Origin: Klebsormidium nitens
Lineage: Eukaryota; Plantae; Klebsormidiophyceae
Direction of reading: 5' to 3'
Length of the DNA stretch: 64,000 nucleotides
Assembly (NCBI GenBank): GCA_000708835.1
Contig: DF237157.1
Location: 62,001-126,000, forward strand
Positions within the stretch are counted from its first letter, which is position 1, and each line of letters opens with the position of its first letter. A program made the translations under genes and the position numbers. The notes beneath the pieces are model-generated. The model saw only the letters and a list, made by a program, of their open reading frames with translations. It ran no database searches and was not told the DNA's origin. This document shows positions 24,801 through 35,310 of this stretch, one piece after another.

Positions 24801-26864
24801 TCCCACTTGCTAGGCTTCGCTTGACCTTTCCCAATTCCCCCTCTAGTCGAGCAATATTAACCCCCTTTTCACCGTTGTAAGCCCACTTTAAGAAGGGATT
24901 ACTCACTCAGAAGTTTTGAACTTTGTTAAAAACAAACCGTCTCAACCATGTCTCCAGGCCTATGTCCGCGGAAGACGTTGTCGAACGCGTCAAGTTCGGC
25001 AAGCGTCTCAAGTTCGCGACCCAGGGCGCGCGTGCTCTCAAGATCGCGCCCGCGCCGTTCAGCGCCGACGGCGCCCTCCGTTGGCCGTACTACACGCTGA
25101 TTGGCCCGGAAGACGGCGCGGAAGACGACCCGGAGGACGGCGCGCGCGCGGCGACCACGAAGCGCGTCCTCAAGCGCTTCAAGACGCCGCTGGACGCCCG
25201 AGTCGCGGCACTGCGGCAATCTGAGGCGAGCTATAAGGAGCAGGTGGGCGGATGCGGATCGTCCCACGATCGACACAAATTACGCCAAGATCAGAAGTTG
25301 GATCATTTCCGATGGCAGACACTGTAGATGTTGTTGTGGGCTCATCTGCACCGCTTCGTATCTCGTCTGAATATTGCTTAGAGGTTTTGGCTTCGACGGC
25401 TTGCAATACAAACTTTCAGGCGCACGGATTAGGAATTTCCCCAAGTCTGTGCCGTTCGAGTCACCATAGTCTGGCCCCGCGCGCTAGCTGAAACGCCCAC
25501 GCACACTCCCCCCGGGGGATACGACAAAGAATAACGGCTCGTTATTATGGTACCTCTCTGCTTTCCGGTTCAGGAGAAGGCTGATGTTGTTTACTGACCG
25601 TCATTGACGTCACCACAGGCCGAGGAGCAGTTTGTGGCGTCGGTTCTGGTGGAGCGCTTCAACCAGCTGTACCCCGGTGCGGTGCGCGAGCGCCTCGTCT
25701 TCCTGCAGCTGAACCTGGTCAAGGTGGCGTTCGGAGAATCGTGAGTCTTCGCTCGCGCGTGCGCGCGCGTCTCCATCCATTTTCTGCTTTGACATTTTGC
25801 GGTGCCGTACTAATCTGTGCCCTCGGTGCGGCTCGTCTTTCCTGCCTCTCAACCTGGTCAAGGTGGCGTTCGGGGAAGCGTAAGTCTTCGCACGGGCCCG
25901 CGCGCCTTCTTCCGTTTTCCGAACCTTTCCCTGTACTGATTGCCTGTGCAGCCCTTGCGCGCGCGGTGCGCAAGCGGGTAGTCCTTCTGCAACTGAATCT
26001 GGTCAAGGTGGCAACTGGGAACGTGAGTTTTTTGCGTGTGCGGGCACCATCTCCTAGTGTGCGGACCTTGAGACAAACTCAAGTCTGGTGTTGATAAAGG
26101 GAACCGCAAATTGTTCCTGGGTCTCGAACTATTCGATTCCGTTGAAAAGAGGAGCGGCGAAGCGACACGGAAAACTGTTAATCTTTTCTATTTTGATATG
26201 GAGGGAACGCTTCTAGCTCGCTACCATCCGATGCTTCGGAGAACTGTGCTAACGTTAGCCAGGCCCAAAAAAGGTGACGTCAGAAATCCACCCCGACGGG
26301 ACATTCGTTTCTTACATTGAGGCAATCTTGGTACAAGTCCTGATTCTGGCTTCTGAATTCACGTGGTTGGGACTGTGGTATCAATTCACACTTTCTCCGA
26401 GTTCGTTCTTAGCACCTTCACGGCCCCGCTTCCGTTTAAGCCTCCTTTTCTGAAGATCAAAACGAGCTTCACTTCCCTGCAGGGCTATGAGGCATCAGTG
26501 GTATACGGTAGAGGACTTCCTCGACGGCCACTACAAGAAGTTCTCGTGCAACGTGGGCGACTTCTCGCCCGAGTATTCGGACATCCTCCAGGCGTTCACC
26601 CACTGGACGTACGAGTTCTCGGGGGGAGAGCTTATGATCACCGACCTCCAGGGGATCAAGGGCCCAGATGAAGACACGTACTACCTCACGGATCCGGCGA
26701 TCCACTGCCGCGACTTGGACCACTTTTCGCGGCTCAACTGGGGCGAGGAGGGCTTCGCCATGTTTTTCGCCGCGCACAAGTGCAATAAGATATGCGCCAA
26801 GCTGAAGCTGAAGCCGCGCACGGCGACCAGCCCCCGATCGCCTTTCGACTCGCCGTTCAAGTGA
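21832..26864 (+). CDS. vWA-domain alpha-kinase (eEF2K/MHCK-type atypical kinase; Dictyostelium VwkA-like architecture) with predicted N-myristoylation
   Basis: Exons: 21832-21956 (MGACLAKP..), ~22553-22701 (link to exon 1 unresolved), 22816-23240 (ELDVAFVVDATGSMG..GGGDLPED), 23819-24069 (VIHIADAPCHG), 24442-24629, 24958-25243 (IAPAPFSADGALRWPYY..VLKRF), 25619-25740, 26483-26864 (QAFTHWTY..LMITDLQG..LTDPAIH..NWGEEGFAMFFAAHKCNKIC). All alpha-kinase hallmark motifs and the C-terminal Zn ligands are visible. Confidence 0.9.
25680..26030 (+). repeat. Two intronic copies of an alpha-kinase exon 3' end plus donor
   Basis: Real AACCTGGTCAAGGTGGCGTTCGGAGAATC|gtgagt (donor 25741). Copies AACCTGGTCAAGGTGGCGTTCGGGGAAGC|gtaagt (25880) and AATCTGGTCAAGGTGGCAACTGGGAAC|gtgagt (26023). 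Confidence 0.9.
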
Positions 26865-28863
26865 AAGCTGGCTAAAGGATTGAGGTTTGAGGGAGAACGG
26901 GGAGAAATGAGTTGATTGGCAGCGAGTCGGTGAGATATTGTACTGTGTACAGGGATTGAAGATGCAAGCTAAGAGACGGCTGCAAGCTCACGTCCTGACA
27001 TTGATGGCGCGCAACTTGCCCCGCGGATGTCGAACGTGTACCCTTATTATTGGACTCAGACTTTGCTGGAACTTGGATTTAGCAAGGAAGGTATATGCAT
27101 AGTCGGACCAAAACAGGCGGTAGCTTCGGGCTTGTGCAGACAATTTGAGGAATGTTTCAAGGGGCCGGGATGCAGATGCGCAGTACTGGGAAGAAGCTGT
27201 ACATAGAGATAGTCAGTCCGGTCAAATTCGGTGGTGTCTTCTACATTCCTAGTAAACGTTTTTCTCATGCACGATCATCTTCAGTTGTTTTAAGAGCAAT
27301 ATTTGTGCCCGTTTTGCAACACTGATGCTCTATATATAGAGGTGTGCCACACCATCGCTGCTCGGACATATCCTGTGCTATCCGTTAAGACCTGCAATAG
27401 TCATCATGAGTCGTTTGAAACACGCCGCGCGGCCGACGCCCGGCTGATCCTGGCAAGGCGCGGAGACGCAATGATGATTGGCGGAAGTGCGACTCACGAG
27501 TTACTGGCTCGCCATGCGGCTGTCGAGTTAATGACGTACCGAAGCAGGTCGGGACACGATGACGAGGAGAGTACGCGAGCATATGAGTACACTTTAAAGG
27601 TACGTGCCGCGACATGCCCCAGTACTGTAATGGAGGAGCCGCGACGACAACCCAACCACCTTTATTACTATTAGAAGATGTCATCTTCTGATATTCTGCT
27701 CTCTGTGAATGAGAACGAATGCCAGCAGCTACTGGCGCTAGATTCCTCCCACGGTTTCGAGACCCGGACGCAGCTCCCCACACTGCTATAGGCCGAGATG
27801 GCGCTGCTTCCAGCTTGCAGCTATACATCGAAATGCATGCCGCCAGATCCTCTGCAATTTGGTATAATGTTGCCCTCGTCGATAACTCAGCAGAACTCTC
27901 GGCCGTAGGATTTCGGAAGATCGTTCAACGAAGATATTCGACCGTCGACTTGCGATTCTCTAATAGGCCGTCATGCAATAGCTTGGTAAAATGTAGCGGC
28001 TGAATCGCTAATCAGTTTGGCAACATGATGACATACAGAAAATCTAGGGTTTGAAATTTTGTGGCGCTGGAGGGTGAAACTCGCCGGTCAGCCTTTGGCA
28101 GGTGGTAGACGCAATCACCGGGGAGGATCTCTGTCCATTCCTATGTGCGCCAATCCTGGTTCAAAGTGCCCGGAATGCAGCAGTGAGCTGGATGTAAAAA
28201 GGCTGTTGCAAACCGCTGGCAGAAGCAAGAAAGAGAGACTAGTTTGTGCAATACGTGAACGTTGTGCTCGATCGCCTTTCTGCAGGCAGCTCATACTCGT
28301 ATGCAGGCCTCGAAAAGGCAAACTTAGCCGGACCAAAGATGTAAGCTTTGATTCTGAGAGCGCCAGACCTTTCTGTCAACATGGTCAAGCTCAGGTTCCA
28401 AATCGCTCTGCCAGAGGACCCTTTTCGGGAGCTGGAAGAGAACTGGAGCGCTGATAAAAGCAAAGCGCATACTATGGTGAGAACATCAATTCTCAAGAAG
28501 CTGGACTCTTTTCAAACAAGATACACTTGGAGAAGAAGTTCGTGAGTTCTGTGATCGAAGTATCTATAAGAAACTCTGTAACACCTGTTCAGTCCCCAAA
28601 CACTCTTGTCTTGACAGCTGTGAGCTGATGCCCAAGCACAATGCATGGGCTACAGCTAACAGTCTTCGATAAAAATCATTCACTTCTTTTGATGGTGGGA
28701 AAATCCCATGGGGCGGTCTGAAGCGTGTCTGCAAGAGCTGGAACAGGAGACCTGTTGAAATGCTGCAAGCAGCTGTCTCTTTCTTGGACCAGCTTAATCG
28801 GCATTTTGTGAGAATCACACATCACATGCACGTCCGGTTTCCAGACTCTTCATTGCCTTCCAG

Positions 28864-30813
28864 TGTTTCTTCGGTCTTGAGCAGAAAGCTCGAGCCAGGG
28901 CAAAAACCTCCTAAGTGTTGCGAAGCCCAATCCACCTTTAGGTGCGTTGTCCAATCGATTCGGCAACAAGAAGCCTCAGGTGAGAAGTAGAAATTGCTGG
29001 AAAAGTTTCCAATCGCAGCCTGAACCCAAGTTGTGATTTCATGACAAACCCCTTTCTAGTAGATTGCATATCTCACTCAATCCTGCTTCTCTCCAGGCAA
29101 GCCCCAAGCCGCTGAAATTCCTCAAATCGCGCTCGCGGGAACGCCGCCTAGATTGCCTCCAGTGGGCGCTGGAGACGCTGAGGAGCAGCAGGTCGCGTTG
29201 TTACAAGGGGCCCGCGCTCAGCAGGTGTGCGCACGCGCGCGCGCCGCGCACCTTGAGAGCCAGGTGAGAGCTGCGTGGTTTTAGTTACCTCTTTGGACAG
29301 ACCATGCGACCCAATTTTGCTAATATATAATCCAGAAGCTTCTGGCTCCGTTTCTAGCCCTTTAGAGGCACTGGGGTCTACATATGCTGCGCCAGTGCGA
29401 AGCAGGGACAGCTGGCAAATACCACAGAGTGCAGACATGCAGAGAGCAGCGAAAATCAGAGCGAGGTACGGGTTCTTGCCTTTGCATCCTTCTAGTGCAG
29501 TTTCTACTCTTTTTTCTTCCAGATATCATTTTTGCACCTTCTCTTTCCTTCTTCTTGCTTGTTCCTTCCTTAGCTTGGATTTTGAGTTCTCTAGACAAGT
29601 ACATAATTCAGCTGCCACTTCAGCTGGTCTCAAGAGGTTGTGTGCGTCCTGTGCTCTACAGCAGACGTGAATAGTGTTCGATTGTGGGTCTTGAAATCGC
29701 TATTAGACATTTGAAAGACCGGAGTCCGAGAGCCGATGCGTTCTCAGCTAATGTTCCAGCTGAAACCGAGGCTAAGCTCTCACAGTGTTTTCGACATGGA
29801 TTGTGCGGGCCTTGATCGCAACAAACGACTTCGCTTGGTTTCATATAGCTTGAGGTGTCCAGTCCGTTCTGACAGGTCCCGTTTAAACATGATTGTGGGA
29901 CGATTTTCGACAGACAATGCGTAATCCTCGTTCGTCCCTTCTCACCCAGGTTGCAAAGCTGCGATTGGAGAAGCTCGGTCTCACGCGTCAGAATGAGGTC
30001 CTCGCTGACCTGATCACCAGGCACGCCAAAGAGCACGAAGCGAAACTAGCAGGCCTCCTTCTAAAACATGATTCTGAGCGGGTAGAGCTCGTTAAAAGGC
30101 ATCACAAAGTCGAAGAGGCGCTGGTCAAACAAAATGGCGACGCTCTAGCGGAGGCGCAGCGCTGGAAGGTTGCCATGGAAGGTGTTTGGAAAGAGATCTG
30201 GGGATTGGACACGGAGCGTAAAGAGCTGCGGAAGAAAGGGCGGAGCTTGCGTAAAGAACGGGATGCCGCCCGGGCAGAGGCGCGCGGTTGGCAAGTGGAC
30301 CTCGCGAGGGCGCAGCAGCGTCTGAAGAGAGTGACGATAGCGGACCTCGAGGCGCCACGGACGAGCCTGGCTATATGTTGCGCGGAAGTGGAAAGCGTCC
30401 GTAAAGAGAACGAAAGCGTCCGGAAAGAAAATGAAAGCGTCCATAGAGAGAACGAAAACGTCCGGAAAGAGAACGAAAGCGTCCGGAAAGAGAGCGAGAG
30501 CGTCCGGAAAGAGAACGAAAGACTCCGAAAAGACGCAGAGAGCGTCCAAAAGGACGTCGAGAGCTTCGAAAAGGAAGCGGATGCTCTTTGGGAGGAACTA
30601 GAGCGGGTGGAAGGTGCGAAAAAGACGGCAATCGCGGAGGCGGAAACGGCGGAGGGCGCGCGGGCGCGTGCGCGCACAGAACTAGAGGCGGCTGTCACGC
30701 GGCTGGTGGAGTCGCAGCAAGCGCGCGCGGGGCTGCAGCGGGAGCTCGCGGACGCGCTTGCGGCTTTGGACGGTGTGAAAAGGCACCACGCAACGGGTGA
30801 GAACATGGACTGA
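28864..30813 (+). CDS. Hypothetical coiled-coil protein (3' exons); further upstream exons (~27500-28810) likely but unresolved
   Basis: Phase-consistent exons 28864-28979, 29097-29263 (..AHLESQ|gt) and 29950-30813 (ag|VAKLRLEKL..ENMD*). E/K/R/A-rich heptad pattern. Confidence 0.6.
30391..30579 (+). repeat. Coding 21-bp minisatellite (~9 units, ESVRKEN heptads)
   Basis: gaaagcgtccgtaaagagaac, gaaagcgtccggaaagaaaat, gaaagcgtccatagagagaac, gaaaacgtccggaaagagaac, gaaagcgtccggaaagagagc.. degenerating toward the 3' end. Confidence 0.9.
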
Positions 30814-33157
30814 GAGAAGCTGGCGGTACCGGAAGGGGAAGTGCGGCGGCTGACGTCAGTTGGGAGCTTGAAGGAGACGCCAGCATACGTGGAAACGACG
30901 TCAGCTGGTGGCGGGACTCTAGAGAGCCAAGCCGGGAACGGGGGGGCAGATTTGCGGCAGCGGTCTGCGGCGGGGCAGACTGTGATTGGAAGGGGCGATG
31001 ATTGCTCTGGTGTAGATTATCACCGCAAGGACCGAGGAGTTAAAGAAGGGGTTACTGTGTCAGCGCATGATTGGAGCCGAGGGCCGCTTTGCCTGCTTTC
31101 GAACCGGGCCCTGTCGGTTCTCAACCCGGGTCGAAGAGGATCCGGGTTGGTCCGCCTCTGCGTCTGTTCTCCCGACTGGTCGCCGCGCCACTCTAGTTTC
31201 CCTCCGGCTTGCTACATTGCCACTCGACGGCCGAACCAACCCGGAAGGTATCGGACTACCTGAGGGCCGTTAACCCGGAGGCGAAGGCGGGACCGGCGGG
31301 CTTCCAAGGCGGGCGGCTCAATCCCGGCAGGGTTGCAGGGTTTTGGGTGTCGGGTCGATCGTCGTTTTAAAACCAGCGGACGGGAAGATATTGGATTTGA
31401 TAGCAGCGAGGGTCTGTGCCGCTCGTCTGTGGGTGCAAAAAAGCTTTCCGGGAGCGGAAGGAAGCCAGAGCGACCGATCGTTCCTCTACACGTGTCAGGT
31501 GTCCAAGCGGGGAAAAGAAGCTTGCAGGCCCCAGAATCCAGAGCGAGAGCTTGAAAAGGAACGTTGCAGTAAAGTGGCGGGGTTGAGGGTCGTGGGCTGT
31601 CTCCGGAAGCAGATAGTAGCGACCGCGCTCCTCAAAGTGACGACTAGTCCACTTGAGACGCGGAGGGTCTGGGGACTTGCGCGGTCGAGTCGGAGCGCGA
31701 ACTGGCCGCAGCTAGGTGCGGAGGACGGGGCGCCTTCGGCGAGAGAATTACGCGGCGGCTCATAGCGGAAGTGCTACCCACTTTTGTAAGCGACAATCTA
31801 ACAAGAGCGAGTTGGGTGTTGATAAGCATCAAGCCTTAATATACTGAGAGAGGGATTGTGCACTCTTTGACCTGGACGCAAATAGCAACCCTCAGGTTGC
31901 GAGAAGCACCAGGGTTGCAGGCCGGCTTAGTAAGCAAGCACTGCAAACTGAGACTACTGCCGATCATGAATGCATGCGATGCAAGCTCTTACAAGGCATG
32001 CAGGCTCCTCTCGAGCTATTGAACTGACTGTTCACAGTGCAGGCAGACACGGTCAACAGTTTTAGCGGCGTTGATGCAAAGATTTGCGATTTGCAACGGG
32101 AGTTGTCCTACTGAAGAAGAGTCACAAGGAAAGAAAACCATGCTCTGCGAGTATGCATGAACCGTCGACGTGTACGTAGTCGACGTGCAACAAATAATAC
32201 ACTCTAGGAGATTGATCAAAGTTGGTGCTAAGACGGCATGTATATATGCAGTTTGCGTCGATCATCAGCTTCAGATAGCGTCTCGTCGACCCCGGATATA
32301 CATATACACCACCGTTACCTACCCATTTTGATGGGCCGCGCAAAGCAGGATTTATGAATAACGCGTTAGCCGGTTCGGGCGGCCGGGCCGCCTTTCATAG
32401 CCTGTGCTGCTCAGTGACGTCTGATAATCTGCAATTTAACCGGGCTGCTAGAAGTTTGCCCCCGACACATAACGGCCAATATACCCCAAAACCTAACATT
32501 ATGAGAATTTCAGGTCTGCTCTACCCGTGAACAAGCACTTACAAGTGCAGCTCGCAGGAGAGCACACACGTCGCTGAATTAACGAGCGCCCGATCGTCTG
32601 AGGATAAGTCTTGCTGGCGCCTAAGTGGTCGGCCGAATCCTTTTGAACAGTCGAGACGGTTGCTTCTCCCCATACGCTATCCCTTAGCGGGGAGCAACCG
32701 CCCCTCGCCTATGGTATAGCACACACTCGACGCGCCCGCGAGCCGCGCCAGAGTCTCGCGTGCCCGACCATGCCGAGCTGACTCGGACAGTCAGCAATCA
32801 GCTAGCTACGACGTACTCAAGTCCACTGTCTCAGACATGCTGTTGACGTGTCCGATCACAAGTAGCGACCTCGCGGAAGCCAGGCAGATGCGCAGTGGAA
32901 TATACAGAGGACACATTTGCTGAGTCTGCATCGTGCTTTTGAACAAAAGCGAGCATCTTAGTTTCGGCTTTTTCAAGCTCGCTGAAAGAGAGCGGGGGCG
33001 ATATCAGAAGGGCAGGCAGATGCGAAGCGCTGACAGAGTTCAGAGTGGAACGCACTGTTGTCACATCCGCTTAGCACCTTGACTTTGAACAATAGCGGGG
33101 GCAATGGCGAGAATCTTAGCTTCCGAATCCCCAAGCTCTTTGAACAAAAGTTCAAGA

Positions 33158-34401
33158 ATGGCGGCGCCCTTTCCATCTCTCAAGATGCGCTCCCCTCTGT
33201 TTCTGCTGCTTGCTCTCAGCAGTATCACCCACTCTGCACGCGGAGAACTCTCCAGCGGCTGCAACCCGCTTCCTGAGCCCAGCCTTGTTAACCAGTTTTT
33301 GCTAACAAACCACTCGGACCTGAGAAACCCCGCGTTCGGGGAAAGCGTTAACGGGCTGACCGCCGAGGAAGGGTTACGGTTTCCGCGGCAGCTACAGGTG
33401 GTCAAGTGCCATTCCTTTGGAAACCTTTCAACTGGAAACTCTTCCTTTGACTTTTACCAAGTGGAATCGCCCAGCCAGGTTTGCAAGGCGCCCCCGCCTT
33501 TGGAATTCGACTTGTCGCCAAACGTGCGTAGCGAAATGAAGGGTCCGGGGGGTCTGCTGTTCCTCGCGTTCTTGGCCTCGGTGATAATTACGGGTTTAAC
33601 GACGTGGGCTATTGTCTTCTCGCTGGGGGCGTTCCTTGTCAGGAGTATTGGTCGCCTCGTATGCTGGTTGTCGGGAAAGCTTTGCGTCTCTCCCGAAGCG
33701 GAAGCCAACATGAACAATACCAGTCTCGTGATACAAGAAAGTTTTGGCGCCGCCTTCTATGTGCAAACCAACGGCGTGTGGAGCCTCGACAAGAACGCGA
33801 AGCGAGCTGCGGACCCACTCAGCCAGACACACGACGTGGCGACCTGGGACACTGACTTTGGCGGTTCGTGGTCGCCTTCAAATGATTTCTCTTTCCCGGA
33901 GCCAAATCGCGCGGCTCCTGCACAAAAGACCTCTGCATTGCAGAGAAGCTGCACCTTTCTCAATGTTTAGCTGAGGTTTGCGCCTGCATCCTCGCTTATG
34001 CCGGCCTTTTCGCCGTCATCGGCTTCGTCGTTGTCGCCATGCTATGCCAGACGTCAGTAAATGACGTCACGCCCAAAGGTCCCATTGGTCTTCCCGACCC
34101 CGCAGGGGGCCTGAACCGGTTCCTTAATGACTCGGGAACAGGTTTAAACCTGACCCTGTGTGCGACGAAGACCATGACCTTTTACGTGAGCTGCCCGGTT
34201 CGCTGTGCCGGTTTGGGCGAGCCCTACGGGAACCGGGCGCCCGGGAAAGCGCAGCTCAAAGTTTGCCCCGACTACTTTGAACGGACACCTGTCAAGATGG
34301 CCCTAATCGAGAACGTCTGTGACGGGGTGGCAGGTGCGGTCGCCGTTCTGCTGACGTTTTGGTGTTGCCGATGCTGCTTGAGAAAGAAACGCGTTAATTG
34401 A
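33158..34401 (+). pseudogene. Intronless signal-peptide, multi-TM, Cys-rich protein of unknown family, split by one apparent frameshift near 33890
   Basis: ORF 33104..33970 has a signal peptide (MRSPLFLLLALSS..) and a hydrophobic stretch (LLFLAFLASVIITGLTTWAIVFSLGAFLV). The frame of ORF 34039..34401 is open from 33886 and adds ..CTKDLCIAEKLHLSQCLAEVCACILAYAGLFAVIGFVVVAML (TM) and a C-terminal TM followed by CCRCCLRKKR. Could be a pseudogene or a sequencing error. Confidence 0.5.
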
Positions 34402-35310
34402 GGCAGCTCGGTTGACTTCGACGGGCAAACATCAAAGCGGTTCATAAGGATCAAACAGGAGAGATAGGAGTTTGAATAAGGGTTTCCTGGATACGAAAGA
34501 AGCAGGAGACTATATTTGAGCCCACTGTTCGCGATTAAAGATAGCTAGGCGGATCTATGATCGAAATAATGATGTCCCGGTGTCGCGAGTCAGCCTAGTT
34601 TGATACCTTTGCAACGCAAAGTTGATGAAGCATGCAATCTCTAATAGCTTGTTTCAGAGCACGAGCAGGCTGGACGTACGTTGCGCACCCGACAATTAAT
34701 GAAGATTTCGACGGAGAATCAAAGCGAAGGAATGTGTTCAATAGTGATCGTACTAATGGTATACGCATGAGTCACCGCTTATACGTCCGTCATCGGGTTC
34801 ATATAGGCTGCTTCCGACGCCGACGTTACATGCATAGTATGGAGGAGATATCGTCGCATCCCGGACGATAAACTTTCATGCATTTGCAAGCATGTGTGCG
34901 TGGATCTATCTTGAAAATATCTTCCTCGACGATTGGCCGGGCCGATCGACCGAAATATAGCGGCTCGCGTTTGAGCGCCACTCTCGCAGACAGTAGGTGC
35001 ATCCAACCGTCGAGCCGCATTCATTCCAAACGAATCAGTGCTAAACGAAGGTTCGGTTGAATTGTGAAGTGAGGCCAACCGTCACCTTCAGTTCATGTCA
35101 AATGTTGAAGTAGACCGTCGAATGAGAGTCCAACCTAGCACCAAGCTTCAAGTGCAGGGTTATCGCGCGCCTATACAGGTTTCGACCTTCAAGAGGCTTT
35201 CTCTAAGCACAGCAAGCCGACCGTCTCGTCAACCGCCACTGGGCGGCTCGATAGGAGTAACGAAGGCGCAATAATACACTACCGCTAGCACGCACTGATC
35301 TCCACTAAGA

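Noticed and set aside
30391-30579. Possible CRISPR-like or telomeric array
   Set aside because: Units are contiguous with no spacers and encode in-frame heptads; eukaryotic context. No rRNA, tRNA, CRISPR or telomeric repeat was recognised anywhere in the window.
30102-30806. 234-aa minus-strand ORF
   Set aside because: Antisense shadow of the coiled-coil minisatellite exon.
32831-33064. FSELEKAETKMLAFVQK resembles a BEL/Pao LTR-retrotransposon segment
   Set aside because: A single short motif with no RT, integrase or LTR nearby; BEL/Pao is not expected in this lineage.
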